From Thermoplasmata archaeon (GTDB lineage: Archaea > Thermoplasmatota > Thermoplasmata > Lutacidiplasmatales > UBA184): a stretch of DNA of 64,000 nt. The notes beneath the pieces are model-generated. The model saw only the letters and a program-made list of their open reading frames with translations, ran no database searches and was not told the origin of the DNA. Made by a program: the position numbers and the translations under genes. Location: positions 7,633-71,632 of the forward strand of contig JAKAAX010000006.1 of NCBI GenBank assembly GCA_021802125.1. The letters run 5' to 3'. Position 1 is the first letter of the stretch; each line of letters starts with the position of its first letter. Positions 8,925 to 19,133 of the stretch are shown here, piece after piece.

Positions 8925-9081
8925 AGGCCCCTTCGCTCTCCCCGGGGTCGGGATCGGCCGGACCGGGGGCACCCCCACCGAGCGCGGGGGTCGCTTCCCG
9001 TGCCAGCGGTTCGTCGAAGTCTCTTCCTCCGCGTCGAAGGCGGACCAAAAGCTCAAGCGCTCGGAATCGTGATGCTCCCCC

Positions 9082-10032
9082 GTGAGCCCCTCGCAGCCTC
9101 TGGCGATCGTCGCGGACCCGTTGGACAAGACGGCCGTCGCTCTCCTGGGGGAGCACGCCCGCGTGGTGGACGCGACCGCCGGCAAGGAAGCCCTCGAGCG
9201 CGAGATCGCCACCGCGGACGCGCTCCTGGTGCGGAGCCGTACGAAGGTCGACGAGGCGCTCATCGCGCGGGCCCGGGACCTCCGGGTCATCGGTCGGGCC
9301 GGGGTGGGCGTCGACAACATCGACGTGCCGGCCGCCTCCCGCCGAGGCATCCCTGTCGTGAACGCCCCGGCCGCGGCCACCACCAGCGTGGCGGAGCTGG
9401 TCGTGGGCCTCCTGGTCGCCGTCGCGCGCGACTTCGGGTCGCAGGTCCCCGCGGCGAAGAAGGGGGACTGGAAAAAGGCGGGCAACGGGCTCGAGCTCGC
9501 CGGGCGCACCGTCGGGTTCGTGGGCTACGGGCGGATCGCCAGGGAGGCGGGCGCGCGCCTGAAGGCCTTCGGCATGAAGGTCCAGGCCTACGACCCCTAC
9601 CTCTCGAGCTCCCCCGACGGCGTGCCGCTGCTTCCCCTGGAAGAGCTCCTGAGGAAGAGCCAGGTGATCTCCCTGCACACCCCGCTCACTCCGGAGACCC
9701 GGCGGTTGCTGAGCGCGGAGAACCTCGCCAAGCTCCCGAAGGGGGCGATCGTGCTCAACGTCGCGCGCGGCGGGCTCGTGGACGAGGACGCGCTCCTCGC
9801 CGCCCTGGAGTCGGGGCATCTGGCCGGAGCGGCGCTCGACGTCTTCGAAGAGGAGCCCCCACGCAACGCGAAGCTCCTCGCGCACCCCAAGCTCGTGGTG
9901 ACCCCGCACATCGGCGCCTCGACGCACGAGGCCCAGGCCCGCGCGGGGGCGGTCACCGTCGAGCAGGTGCTGAAGGTCCTCCGGGGAGAGACTCCCGACT
10001 ACTGTGTCAATCCCGAGGTACGAAGAACATGA
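9082..10032 (+). CDS. serA: D-3-phosphoglycerate dehydrogenase-type D-2-hydroxyacid dehydrogenase (short form)
   Basis: The NAD-binding motif is GFVGYGRIAREAGARL. RAGVGVDNIDV, LLRKSQVISLHTPLT, LNVARGGLVDEDAL and PHIGAST are also present. Confidence 0.85.
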   Translation: MSPSQPLAIVADPLDKTAVALLGEHARVVDATAGKEALEREIATADALLVRSRTKVDEALIARARDLRVIGRAGVGVDNIDVPAASRRGIPVVNAPAAATTSVAELVVGLLVAVARDFGSQVPAAKKGDWKKAGNGLELAGRTVGFVGYGRIAREAGARLKAFGMKVQAYDPYLSSSPDGVPLLPLEELLRKSQVISLHTPLTPETRRLLSAENLAKLPKGAIVLNVARGGLVDEDALLAALESGHLAGAALDVFEEEPPRNAKLLAHPKLVVTPHIGASTHEAQARAGAVTVEQVLKVLRGETPDYCVNPEVRRT

Positions 10033-11264
10033 CCGCGGTCACCACCCCCGCACGACCCAACCCCCCCTCGCCGAACTCTACCGTGTCCGCCCACGGGAAC
10101 CCCGCCACTTCCGGCGGGACCCTCTCGGGCTCGTTCTTCGACCCGTACACGAGCACGTTCCTCCTCGCCGGGCCCGTGAAGCTCCACCCCCGGATCCAGC
10201 AGGCGATGGCTGCCCCTTCGCTCAACCACCGCGGGGAGTACTTTCACGAGATCGTCCACGAGATCAAGGAGCTCCTGCCCCTGGTCTTCGGCCGCCCGGG
10301 CCACCAGGTGGTGCTCACCGGAAGCGGCACGGCCGGCCTGGAGGCGATGGTCTCGGGCCTGGTGAAGCGGAACGAGAAGGTGGTCGTGGTCTCCAACGGC
10401 CACTTCGGCGACCGGATGGAGAAGCTCGTCGAACGCTTCGGGCAGCTCGTTCCCGTCCGCGGGACGTGGGGCAAACCCGTCAGCCTGGAGCTCATCAAGG
10501 CCTCCATCGAGCAGAACTCTCCGAAGGCCGTCGCCATGGTGTACAACGAGACCTCCGTCGGGTTCACCAATCCTCTCGAGACGGTGGGTGCGCTCGCCCG
10601 GAAATCGGGGGCGCTCTTCCTGGTGGACGCGATCAGCGCGCTCCCCGGACTTCCGACCCCGAGCGACGCCGCCGGGGTCGACGCGGTGGTGGTGGGGAGC
10701 CAGAAGGGGCTCGCCGCACCCCCGGGGCTCGCCATGGTCCACCTCTCCGACCGCGCCAAGGGCGCGCTCGCGCCGCAGACGTTCTACAACGACCTCGCGG
10801 AGCACGTGAAGAGCCTGGAGAAGGACGACACCCCCTACACTCCGGCGGTGCCGCTCTTCCTCGCGCTGCGGGAGGCCCTCCTCCTGCTCAAGGAGGAAGG
10901 TGTCGACCGGCGCCAGGCCCGGACCCGGCGGCTCGCCGAGGCCACCCGCGCCTCCGTGAAGGCCATGGGGCTCTCGCTCTTCCCGGAGGAGGAGTTCGCC
11001 TCCGACACCGTGACCGCGATCCGATATCCCGCGGGGGTCGAGGACTCGGCCTTCCGCGCGGCGCTGCGGGACCGGCACAACCTCATCGTTTCGGGCGGGC
11101 AGGGACAGGCCAAGGGCCAGATCTTCCGGATCGGGCACATGGGGTTCTCGAGCTTCGGCGAGGTCCTCACGGGCATCGCCGCGGTCGAGCGGGAGATGCA
11201 CCGGATGGGAAAGGTCCCCGCCCTGGGCCCCGGGGTCTCGACCTTCGAGCGTTACCTTCCCTGA
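10029..11264 (+). CDS. class V pyridoxal-phosphate aminotransferase (serine-pyruvate / phosphoserine aminotransferase type)
   Basis: Its ATG overlaps the serA stop (ATGA). LLAGPVKLHPRIQQAM, LTGSGTAGLEAMV, VDAISALPG and the PLP-lysine context VVVGSQKGLAAPPG are present. Confidence 0.85.
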   Translation: MTAVTTPARPNPPSPNSTVSAHGNPATSGGTLSGSFFDPYTSTFLLAGPVKLHPRIQQAMAAPSLNHRGEYFHEIVHEIKELLPLVFGRPGHQVVLTGSGTAGLEAMVSGLVKRNEKVVVVSNGHFGDRMEKLVERFGQLVPVRGTWGKPVSLELIKASIEQNSPKAVAMVYNETSVGFTNPLETVGALARKSGALFLVDAISALPGLPTPSDAAGVDAVVVGSQKGLAAPPGLAMVHLSDRAKGALAPQTFYNDLAEHVKSLEKDDTPYTPAVPLFLALREALLLLKEEGVDRRQARTRRLAEATRASVKAMGLSLFPEEEFASDTVTAIRYPAGVEDSAFRAALRDRHNLIVSGGQGQAKGQIFRIGHMGFSSFGEVLTGIAAVEREMHRMGKVPALGPGVSTFERYLP

Positions 11265-11378
11265 GCCCGAGGCAGGGGCGGAGGGAGGAGAGGGAGCGAC
11301 GGCTCTCTCCCGCTCTCTCTCACCCTTCCTCTTCCACCGCGACCGCGAGCGCTCAGCGGGACCCCCGCGAGGGCGCGC

Positions 11379-11834
11379 TCAGATATCGACGATGACCCGA
11401 GCGCGCCGACGTTCCAAGTCCACCTGGAGACGATGCAGGGTGACCGCCTTCACCTGGACGTGGACCGGGTGTCGGGCGGGGTCGAAGTCCTCTCCACGGA
11501 GCTCGGCGCGGAGCTTCCTGGGCGGATCGCCCTGGAGCTCGACACGGAACGCGGAAGCGAGGAACCCCTCTTCGTCGAAGAGCCCGATGAGCTCGGTCAG
11601 ATAGGCCACGACCAGCCCTTCGACCGAGTCGGCCTCGACGGCGATCTGACGGGTCTCGCGAGCCTGGATCCCGGTGAGGTCCGTCACAAGCTCCGTGAAC
11701 CCCCGTCCGAGCTCCGCGAAGAGCCCCTCGGCGGAGGCGGCCCGGGCGCCGATGCCCACGTCGGCGGTGGTCCCGAACCTCCAGTGGGCCGGAGCATGGC
11801 CCGGAGGCTCCTCGTCCACTTCGGAGCTTCTCAT
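11379..11834 (-). CDS. archease
   Basis: 151 aa. The segments TADVGIGARAASAEGLFAE, EGLVVAYLTELI and HVQVKAVTLHRLQV are typical of archease, the RtcB/tRNA methyltransferase cofactor. Confidence 0.85.
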   Translation of the reverse strand: MRSSEVDEEPPGHAPAHWRFGTTADVGIGARAASAEGLFAELGRGFTELVTDLTGIQARETRQIAVEADSVEGLVVAYLTELIGLFDEEGFLASAFRVELQGDPPRKLRAELRGEDFDPARHPVHVQVKAVTLHRLQVDLERRRARVIVDI

Positions 11835-11916
11835 GGGGGGAAGGCGCCCCGGGGGGCCCTATGTCCCCAGGAAACCTCGCTCTTATGAGGAGGAGGACGC
11901 CTCCTCGGGTGCAACC

Positions 11917-12711
11917 ATGCGCGCGACGCTGGTCATCCCGACCCTGAACGAGGCGGAGGGCATCGGCCGTACCCTCGCCACCTTCCGGGCGGCGGCCGAG
12001 GAGGCGAACCGTAGCCTGTTCCTCAAGTCCCCCGTGGAGTGGGAGATCCTCGTCGTGGACGGGGCCTCCACCGACGGCACGGCCGAGATCGCCACGAGGC
12101 TCGGGGCGAAGGTCATCCTCGAGAAGCGGAAGGGGTACGGCCGCGCGTACAAGACGGGGTTCGAGCAAGCGACCGGAGACTACGTCGCGACGCTCGACGG
12201 GGACGGGACGTACCCCGCGGAGATGGTCCCCTGGTTCCTGCTCCACCTCCTCCACCACCAGAAGGACTTCCTCACAGGGGACCGCCTCACCTACCTCGCC
12301 CCCAAGTCGATGACCACCGAGCACAGGATCGGGAACTTCATGCTGAACTTCCTCATCGGGGTCTTCTTCCACTCCTGTCTGCAGGGGGCCCCCGCGCGGA
12401 TCCTCGTCGACTCCCAGAGCGGTTTCTGGGTCTTCCGACGGACCGCGCTCGCCTCGATGCGGCTGACCTCGGACGGGATGGCGCTCTCCGAAGAGATCAA
12501 GCTCGAGGCGATGATCCGCGGGCTCAAGTTCGAGGAGGTCCCGATCCACTACGCCGAGCGGTGGGGGCGGCCGAAGCTGTCGAGCTGGAGGGACGGTCTC
12601 CACAACATGACCTTCCTGGTCCGCAAGCGGTTCCAGATGTCCCAGGAGAACCGGCTGGCGCGGCGTGTGCCCGTGGCCAAGGCCTCTTCATCTCCGCAGG
12701 GACCGGCCTGA
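11917..12711 (+). CDS. family-2 glycosyltransferase (dolichyl-phosphate sugar synthase-like)
   Basis: VIPTLNEAEGI, VVDGASTDGT, ATLDGDGTYP (a DxD-type motif) and VDSQSGFWVFRR are present. The start is taken at ATG 11917, in frame within track ORF 11674..12711. Confidence 0.85.
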   Translation: MRATLVIPTLNEAEGIGRTLATFRAAAEEANRSLFLKSPVEWEILVVDGASTDGTAEIATRLGAKVILEKRKGYGRAYKTGFEQATGDYVATLDGDGTYPAEMVPWFLLHLLHHQKDFLTGDRLTYLAPKSMTTEHRIGNFMLNFLIGVFFHSCLQGAPARILVDSQSGFWVFRRTALASMRLTSDGMALSEEIKLEAMIRGLKFEEVPIHYAERWGRPKLSSWRDGLHNMTFLVRKRFQMSQENRLARRVPVAKASSSPQGPA

Positions 12712-12778
12712 GGACGGCCGCAGCCGGAACGGCGGTCGCGGTGGGCGACCAGGGGAGCGCAGGGGTACCGGCTCGCCC

Positions 12779-12931
12779 CTACTTCGTCTTGCCCGCGCGT
12801 TCCTTCGATTTCACGCGCAGACCGTGGTAGCCGCACTTGCGGCACTGGACGGCCCGGGGCGGGTTGCGGGCCGAGCAGTTCATGCAGATCTTCTTGTTGA
12901 GCAGCCGGGCGGTGGCTTCGGCGAACGGCAT
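12779..12931 (-). CDS. rpl40e: 50S ribosomal protein L40e
   Basis: The 50-aa product is [50 protein letters not shown], with the CxxC..CxxC zinc ribbon of L40e. It forms only the 3' end of the 907-aa shadow ORF 12779..15502. Confidence 0.9.
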   Translation of the reverse strand: MPFAEATARLLNKKICMNCSARNPPRAVQCRKCGYHGLRVKSKERAGKTK

Positions 12932-12956
12932 GGGACCCGCGCCACCTGACCCCGGG

Positions 12957-12962
12957 TATTTG
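12957..12962 (-). promoter_or_regulatory. TATA-like box for rpl40e
   Basis: The minus strand reads CAAATA, 26-31 nt upstream of ATG 12931. It is one of the few AT-rich spots in the region and is consistent with a leaderless mRNA. Confidence 0.4.
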
Positions 12963-13029
12963 AGGATTGAATGGGGGGTGACCTCGACCCGTTCCCGGGG
13001 GAAGCTCGAGTGCTTCTCGAGGGCCAAGG

Positions 13030-13037
13030 CTATTAAC
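13030..13037 (+). promoter_or_regulatory. TATA-like box (CTATTAAC) upstream of small ORF 13064
   Basis: An AT-rich octamer lies 27-34 nt upstream of ATG 13064, which is leaderless-type spacing. Confidence 0.4.
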
Positions 13038-13063
13038 CCACTTCCACGGATGCGTCTAGAGCC

Positions 13064-13279
13064 ATGGAGAACGACCTGACGAAGGACCGGGCTCCCGCCC
13101 TCCCTCGTCCTCCGTCGGTAAGGCGGAGCGGGGCCCCCGACCTCCCGCAGGCCGACCGCCGCATGGTCCCGCTCGAGGGAACCCCCCTCCACGTCGAGGC
13201 TTACCCCTGGACGGGGGGCCTCGTGCTCTGGTCGCAGGACCCGCAGGGACGCTGGGTCCGCCTGCCGTTGCGCCGGTAG
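13064..13279 (+). CDS. small hypothetical protein (71 aa)
   Basis: The ORF has high third-position GC and a correctly spaced TATA-like box. I recognise no family. Confidence 0.35.
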   Translation: MENDLTKDRAPALPRPPSVRRSGAPDLPQADRRMVPLEGTPLHVEAYPWTGGLVLWSQDPQGRWVRLPLRR

Positions 13280-13363
13280 TCCCTGAGGCCGACAACGGTC
13301 GCCTCCGAGGCCGGAAGTTCCGCTTCTGGGAACCCTCAAACCTCCCCCCGGGCTCTCCCGAAC

Positions 13364-14014
13364 GTGATCGGTCTCGAGGACGGAACGATCGCGGTCACGC
13401 TGGCCCGTCGCGCGCTCGAGGAGTGTCTGGACTGGCCCGAGGACAAGGACCCGGGGTCGCTCGCGGAGAGGGAGACCCTGCCCCCGATCTTCGACGAGAA
13501 GCGTGGGCTCTTCGTGACGCTGCTCCAGTACCCGACCTCGGACCTTCGGGGGTGCATCGGGTTCACCGAGCCGATCTACCGTCTCCGCCAGGGGATCCCC
13601 CGCGCGGCGATCTACGCCGCGAAGGAGGACCCCCGCTTCCCACCCCTGGAGCGTTCGGAGCTCGCCCGGGTCCGGGTCGAGGTCTCGCTGCTCACCCCCC
13701 CGGAACCCCTCGTGGCGCGGGTCCCCACGGACCTCACCGGGATGGTCGAGATCGGGAGGGACGGGCTCATGGTGGCCGAGGGGGGCATGAAAGGGGTGCT
13801 CCTCCCCCAGGTGGCCGTGGACGAGGGTTGGGGCGTCGAGCAGTTCCTCTCCCACACGTGCATCAAGGCCGGTCTCTCTCCGGCGGCCTGGCGGCGTCCG
13901 GGTCCCCGCTTCTGGCGCTTCCGCTCCGAGATCTTCGCCGAGGAGCGGCCGCGCGGGAAGGTCGCCCAGCACTCGCTGGACGCTCCCGCTCCCACGAGCT
14001 CCTCCCGCCCGTAG
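13364..14014 (+). CDS. AMMECR1 domain protein
   Basis: [33 protein letters not shown] and [17 protein letters not shown] are the conserved AMMECR1 core. Confidence 0.85.
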   Translation: MIGLEDGTIAVTLARRALEECLDWPEDKDPGSLAERETLPPIFDEKRGLFVTLLQYPTSDLRGCIGFTEPIYRLRQGIPRAAIYAAKEDPRFPPLERSELARVRVEVSLLTPPEPLVARVPTDLTGMVEIGRDGLMVAEGGMKGVLLPQVAVDEGWGVEQFLSHTCIKAGLSPAAWRRPGPRFWRFRSEIFAEERPRGKVAQHSLDAPAPTSSSRP

Positions 14015-14040
14015 CCCCGTCCCCGCGCGGCGGGGGAGCC

Positions 14041-17000
14041 CTACGCCTTCTCGAGGTGCAGATGGAAGGACGCCCCTTCCACGTCGTCCCACCGGCGGAC
14101 CTCGGGCGTGGTCGGGGGCGTCGTCGTCGAGAGGCGCACCTCGGTGGCGAGGCACTCCTTCGCGATCCACTCCTGGTGGGCGCGCAGGGCTTCCGCCAGG
14201 TCTCCCTCCGCCCACAGCTCGAGCCGGATCTGGTCGGAGATCGCAAGCTTGCGCTCCTTCCGTGTCATCTGCACGCGGCGGACGACCTCCCGGGCCAGGC
14301 CTTCGAGGAAGAGCTCGCGGCTCGGCTTCCGGGAGAGGGCGGCCGAAGGCTCGCCCGGCTTCTCCCCCCGTGAAAGGACCCAGACGTCGGGGGAGAACCT
14401 CGACCCCTGGAACTCCTCCGGAGAGGTGAGCTCCACCCGCTTCACGTTGAGCTCTTCCTGGAGCAGGGGCGCGAGCCGGTCCCCGAAGGCGCGGAGCGTG
14501 CCCTCCGCCATCCCGGCGATGCGTAGTTCTTCGAGGGGCATCCGGGACCGTACGCCGGCCTCGTTGCGCAGCCGGCGCACCGTCTCGACGACCTGGAGCA
14601 CCTGGGCCATCGCGCCCTCGAGCGCGAGGTCCCGGGGGACCTGAGGTCGCGGATAGGGGAGGAGGTGGAGGCTCGGGGCCCCCGTCCGGTAGTCGTTCCC
14701 CGACACCCTCTGGAAGAGCTCCTCGGCGGAGAAGGGGGCGAGTGGGGCCAGGAGCCCCGCGAGGGTGAGCAGGGTGTAGGAGAGCGTCTCGTAGGCGCTG
14801 CGCTTCTCCGGGGTCACCGTCTCCTGCCAGAACCGTGGACGGGAACGGCGGAGCCACCAGGTGGAGATCTCCTGGACGAGCGACTCGATCGCCTGCGCCG
14901 CGGTGTGCGCGTCGAACCTCTCGAGGGAGAGGTCGACGACCTCGGCGGTGCCGGCGAGACGGGAGAGCAACCAGCGATCGAGGGGGTCGGAGGTGGTGGG
15001 AGGTCTCTCGGATGGAGGGACCCGGTCGACGTCCCAGTTCGTCCGGTAGAACTCGAGGACGTTGAGGAGCGTCGTGAGCGGGCGAAGCCCGGTCTGACGG
15101 ATCGTGAGCTCTCCGAAGCGGAACGACTCGGTGTAGGAGGACAGGTAGATCGCGAGGCGGGTGGGGTCCGCGCCCATGCGCTCCATGGTGAACATCGGGT
15201 CGGCCACGTTCCCCTTCGACTTCGACATCTTCTTGCCCTGGTCGTCGAGCGCCATCCCGTGGCAGAGGACGTGGCGGTAGGCCGGACGGCCGAAGAGGGC
15301 CGTGGAGATGACCAGCATCGTGTAGAACCACCCCCGGGTCTGGTCGATGCCCTCCGCGACGTAATCGAGGGGGGCCCCCGTGTCGAAGGGGGTGCCCGTC
15401 TGGAACGGGTGATGGAACTGGGCGAAGGGGGCCGAGCCGCTGTCGTACCAGGTGTCGATGACGTACGGCTCGCGCGTCATCCGGTCGTGGTGGTCCGGGC
15501 AACTGACCTCGAGCTCATCGACCGTCGGGCGGTGCGGGTCGAAGTTCGCGGGCAGGGGGCGGCCGTGGAGGGTCGCCAGCTCCTCGAAACCGCCGACGAC
15601 CACCGTGTGGCCCTTGGGGCAGCTCCAGATCGGCAGCGGCGTCCCCCAGTAGCGGTTCCGTGACAGCGCCCAGTCCTTCCCCTCGGCGAGGAAGTTCCCG
15701 AACCGGCCGTCGCGCAGGTGCTCCGGGTCCCAGACGACCCCCGCGTTGTTCGCGAGGAGCTCGTCGCGCAGCTTGTGCGTGCGGACGAACCACGTGTCCA
15801 GCGCGCGGTACATCAGGGGCCGGTCGCAGCGCCAGCAGAACGGGTAGGTGTGCTTGTAGGTCGAACGGCGCCAGAGCACCCCTCGGACGTGGAGCTCCTC
15901 GGAGAGGATCTTGTCCGCGTCCTTGAACCACTTCCCCACCACCTGGGGGACGAGGTCGGTGAACCTTCCGGAGGGGTCGAGCGGGTCGAATACGCCCAGG
16001 CCCACCTCTTGGCCGAGTTGGAAATCGTCCACTCCGAAGGAGGGGGCGACGTGCACGAGGCCGGTCCCTTCTTCGGCGGTCACGAACGGCGCCGGGTAGG
16101 TGTGGAACCGCTCGGGCGTAGAGGGGACGATCCCCGGGAAGGGGGGCTCGTACGTGCGGCCGACGAGGTCGCTGCCCTTGAACCGGGCGAGCACCTTCGG
16201 GCGGTCCTTCTCCTGCGGGAAGTACCGCTCCAGCGCGGACTCGGCGAGCGTGTACTCCGACCCGTCCTCCTCCGCGAAGGTGACGTAGTCCATCTCCGGG
16301 CCCACGGCCACCGCGAGGTTCGAGGGGAGGGTCCAGGGCGTTGTGGTCCAGACCAGAAGGTAGGACGGTCGGGCGTCGGGGGCCCCCCCGACGAGCCGCA
16401 GGCGGAGCGTGACCGACGGGTCGGTGGTGTCGCGGTAGCCCTGCGCCACCTCGTGCGTCGCTTCCGGGGTCTCGCACCGGGGGCAGTAGGGGACCACGTA
16501 GTGGCCCTTCTCCAGGAGTCCCTTCCCGTGGAGCTGTTTGAGCGACCACCACACGCTCTCCATGAACTTCGGGTCCATGGTGAAGTAGGGATTCTCGTAG
16601 TCGAGCCAGAACCCGAGCCTCCGGGAGAACTGCTGCCAGGTCTCGACGTAGGCGAGGACGCTCTTGCGGCACTCCGCGGCGAAGGGGCCCACGCCATACT
16701 CCAGGATCTGCTTCTTGCTCGCCCATCCGTGGGACTTCTCGACCTCGACCTCCACGGGGAGCCCGTGGCAGTCCCAGCCCGCCATCGTGGAGACGATCCG
16801 GTACCCCTTCATCCGGCGGTGGCGGAGGCCCATGTCCTTGAGCACCCGGGGAAAGAGGTGGCCCACGTGCGGCTTCCCGTTGGCCGTGGGGGGCCCTTCG
16901 GTGAACCGGAACACGGGGCCATCGGAGTTGAGTGCCAGCGCCCGCGCCGCGACGTTCTCCCGGGCCCAGAACTCGAGCACGCGCTGCTCCATGGCCAGCA

Positions 17001-17097
17001 CCTGGCTCTGAGGGGTGCCTCCGGAGGGCGCGGCCTTCGGGGATGCAGGGGTCACGACGCTCGACATGGCTCGGAGGGGCTCCGCCATCTGGCCCAC
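14041..17097 (-). CDS. ileS: isoleucine--tRNA ligase
   Basis: 1018 aa. The HIGH-type motif is [12 protein letters not shown] and the KMSKS motif is [10 protein letters not shown]. The class Ia editing and anticodon-binding regions are colinear with archaeal IleRS. Confidence 0.95.
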   Translation of the reverse strand: MGQMAEPLRAMSSVVTPASPKAAPSGGTPQSQVLAMEQRVLEFWARENVAARALALNSDGPVFRFTEGPPTANGKPHVGHLFPRVLKDMGLRHRRMKGYRIVSTMAGWDCHGLPVEVEVEKSHGWASKKQILEYGVGPFAAECRKSVLAYVETWQQFSRRLGFWLDYENPYFTMDPKFMESVWWSLKQLHGKGLLEKGHYVVPYCPRCETPEATHEVAQGYRDTTDPSVTLRLRLVGGAPDARPSYLLVWTTTPWTLPSNLAVAVGPEMDYVTFAEEDGSEYTLAESALERYFPQEKDRPKVLARFKGSDLVGRTYEPPFPGIVPSTPERFHTYPAPFVTAEEGTGLVHVAPSFGVDDFQLGQEVGLGVFDPLDPSGRFTDLVPQVVGKWFKDADKILSEELHVRGVLWRRSTYKHTYPFCWRCDRPLMYRALDTWFVRTHKLRDELLANNAGVVWDPEHLRDGRFGNFLAEGKDWALSRNRYWGTPLPIWSCPKGHTVVVGGFEELATLHGRPLPANFDPHRPTVDELEVSCPDHHDRMTREPYVIDTWYDSGSAPFAQFHHPFQTGTPFDTGAPLDYVAEGIDQTRGWFYTMLVISTALFGRPAYRHVLCHGMALDDQGKKMSKSKGNVADPMFTMERMGADPTRLAIYLSSYTESFRFGELTIRQTGLRPLTTLLNVLEFYRTNWDVDRVPPSERPPTTSDPLDRWLLSRLAGTAEVVDLSLERFDAHTAAQAIESLVQEISTWWLRRSRPRFWQETVTPEKRSAYETLSYTLLTLAGLLAPLAPFSAEELFQRVSGNDYRTGAPSLHLLPYPRPQVPRDLALEGAMAQVLQVVETVRRLRNEAGVRSRMPLEELRIAGMAEGTLRAFGDRLAPLLQEELNVKRVELTSPEEFQGSRFSPDVWVLSRGEKPGEPSAALSRKPSRELFLEGLAREVVRRVQMTRKERKLAISDQIRLELWAEGDLAEALRAHQEWIAKECLATEVRLSTTTPPTTPEVRRWDDVEGASFHLHLEKA

Positions 17098-17176
17098 CCT
17101 TCTTCTCCCTTTCTCCTCGACCTCGGTGCTCCGGCGGAGCAGGTGGCAGGGGGAAGGGGCGCGACCCGGCGCCGGG

Positions 17177-17692
17177 TCAGCCGGGAGCGTGGGAGTTCCC
17201 GTCCGCTACGGGGTCCCCCGTCGCCCCTTCCCGCGGGGCGATCGGCTTACGGCGCGGGTCCAGCGCACGGTAGGTGCGATAGAGGAGGAAGAGCAGGACC
17301 AGAACGAGCACGGACTGGACCACCAGGAACGCGTCCGGGAGCGATCCGGTCGACAGGCCGGCGCCGATCCCGCCCATCAGGATGACCAGGAGCAGCGACG
17401 CGGCGGAGTAGGGCAAGGCGCGGGAACGATCGTGGCGAAGGAGGAGCCCGAGCGCGAAGAGCACGAGGATCGCGACCCCGAGAAGAGCGCCGGCGGTCAC
17501 GTGGGCCTGGGTCTCCCATCCCGGCTGCTGCAGAAGGCAGCTGGGATACGCGCGGCAGTCGAACCCTCCGGCGGCGGTCACTCCCAGCGCCAGGACCGCG
17601 GCCACGAGAGCAAGAATGAAGGAGAGAAGCGCGGCGGCCCGGGCCGTGCGGAGCAAGAGCGGATGGGGTCCCGTCGTGGCCCCTCCCGTCAT
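17177..17692 (-). CDS. hypothetical 4-TM membrane protein
   Basis: 171 aa with four hydrophobic helices and a CRAYPSC loop. It lies directly upstream of ileS on the same strand. Confidence 0.5.
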   Translation of the reverse strand: MTGGATTGPHPLLLRTARAAALLSFILALVAAVLALGVTAAGGFDCRAYPSCLLQQPGWETQAHVTAGALLGVAILVLFALGLLLRHDRSRALPYSAASLLLVILMGGIGAGLSTGSLPDAFLVVQSVLVLVLLFLLYRTYRALDPRRKPIAPREGATGDPVADGNSHAPG

Positions 17693-17740
17693 GGCAGATG
17701 TGGAACGGGCCGCCGCTTTGAGGATGACCGCCCTCCTGTC

Positions 17741-17811
17741 CGGTCCTTACTGAGCGCGAGGACGGGCAAGCGGGAAGGAGAGCCCGCCCTCCAGCTCGGC
17801 GGTCCTTACTG
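17741..17811. repeat. 12-nt direct repeat CGGTCCTTACTG (17741-17752 and 17800-17811)
   Basis: Two exact 12-mers lie 59 nt apart in the 124-bp spacer upstream of the membrane-protein gene that starts at 17692. Confidence 0.6.
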
Positions 17812-17816
17812 GTAGC

Positions 17817-18743
17817 TCAAACCTCGAGGGTATGCCCCCGTCGGGGGCCCGAGCGCGGGGAGGGAGGTCTGCGCGAACGCCCGCGTGCCCCCGCCTCACC
17901 ACCGGGGCGCGGCTCCTGACGCAGAGCGTAGTAGACCTCCGTGGTGTACGGGGTCATCAACTTTCGTCGCCCTCGCGCGCCGGGGTGGGTCTCCAGGACC
18001 TGACGGAAACGGTCGAGGAACTCGGCCTTCCTTTCGCCAGGGAGCGCGGCGATGTAGCTCAAGCTGAGGAAGCGGTCCTCGAGGAGCCGACGGGTCAGCC
18101 ACTGCTCGTGGTGGAAGGTGCGGAGGCGGAGCGGGGTGAACCCTGACCCGGGTCGGAACGCTCGCCTCCACTTCTCCCACCCTCGGCGCGGCACCGAACG
18201 GTTCTCGTAGCGCTGAGAGACCTTCAGGATCTCACGTCGCCACCCTTTCCGATGTTCGCGAACGTTCCAGAGGATGGCGAGCCCACCACCGGGACGGAGG
18301 ATGCGGCGGATCTCGATCAGGGCGCGCTCGTGGTCGAACCAGTGGAAGGCCTGGGCGACGGTGACCAGGTCCGCGCAGCCGTCCGGCAGCCCGGTGCGTT
18401 CGGCGGTCCCGGCAACGACGCGGACCCCGGGGACCGCGCGCCGGAACTCCCGCCGCATCGCCGGCAGGGGTTCCACGGCGAGGATGCGGGCTCCGGTGCC
18501 CACGAGCCCCCGGGTCCATTTCCCCGTTCCCGCGGCGAGGTCGATCACCGTGGACCCTGGACCGATGTGGAACGCGCGGGCCACGAAGCGCGCGGCCGAG
18601 GCCGGATAGTCCGGTCGGCCGCGCTCGTACGCCCCCGCCGCCCGCGAGAACCCCCGGTCCGCGATGCGGTGGACGCCGCGCGCGCGCCGCCCCGGCCTAC
18701 CGGTCAAGGCCGGAAGAGACGACGGTGCTGGACCATGATGCAC
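17817..18743 (-). CDS. class I SAM-dependent methyltransferase
   Basis: Motif I is VIDLAAGTGKWT. ILAVEP, DLVTVAQAFHWF and LRPGGGLAILW are also present. An alternative GTG start at 18674 would remove the 40-nt overlap with the upstream gene. Confidence 0.8.
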   Translation of the reverse strand: MHHGPAPSSLPALTGRPGRRARGVHRIADRGFSRAAGAYERGRPDYPASAARFVARAFHIGPGSTVIDLAAGTGKWTRGLVGTGARILAVEPLPAMRREFRRAVPGVRVVAGTAERTGLPDGCADLVTVAQAFHWFDHERALIEIRRILRPGGGLAILWNVREHRKGWRREILKVSQRYENRSVPRRGWEKWRRAFRPGSGFTPLRLRTFHHEQWLTRRLLEDRFLSLSYIAALPGERKAEFLDRFRQVLETHPGARGRRKLMTPYTTEVYYALRQEPRPGGEAGARGRSRRPPSPRSGPRRGHTLEV

Positions 18744-19129
18744 AGGTCCTGGTAGAACTCGATCCCCTTCTGGCGGACCTTCTCGCCCGAGGCATCGTCG
18801 CGAACGCCCAGCTGGAGCCAGACCGCACGAGGGGGAGGCGAGAGCGTCAGCGCTTCCTCGACGACCCCCGGGACGGCCTCGCTCTTTCGGAAGACGTCCA
18901 CGATGTCCACGTGAAGGTCGCTCGGGATGTCCTTGAGCGACGCGTAGGCCTTCTGTCCGAGGACCTCTTTCACGGCGGGGTTCACCGGGACCACCCGGTA
19001 CCCCTTGGTCATCAGGAACCGTCCGACCTCGTTCGAGTCGCGGTCCGGTTTGTCGCTCATCCCGACGACCGCGATGGTCTTCGCGCTCCCAAGCAGCTCC
19101 CGCATCCTCCCGTCGTCCATGGTTCTCAC
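18704..19129 (-). CDS. CoA-binding domain protein (YccU/YneT-like)
   Basis: KTIAVVGMSDKPDRDSNEVGRFL..GYRVVPVNP and VDIVDVFR are the typical CoA_binding_2 pattern. Confidence 0.85.
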   Translation of the reverse strand: MRTMDDGRMRELLGSAKTIAVVGMSDKPDRDSNEVGRFLMTKGYRVVPVNPAVKEVLGQKAYASLKDIPSDLHVDIVDVFRKSEAVPGVVEEALTLSPPPRAVWLQLGVRDDASGEKVRQKGIEFYQDLCIMVQHRRLFRP

Positions 19130-19133
19130 CCGC

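Noticed and set aside
17177-17692. The 4-TM protein as a half-size heme A synthase (CtaA/COX15-like) because of the CRAYPSC loop.
   Set aside because: The conserved His residues expected in the second helix pair are missing, and the similarity is too weak to call.
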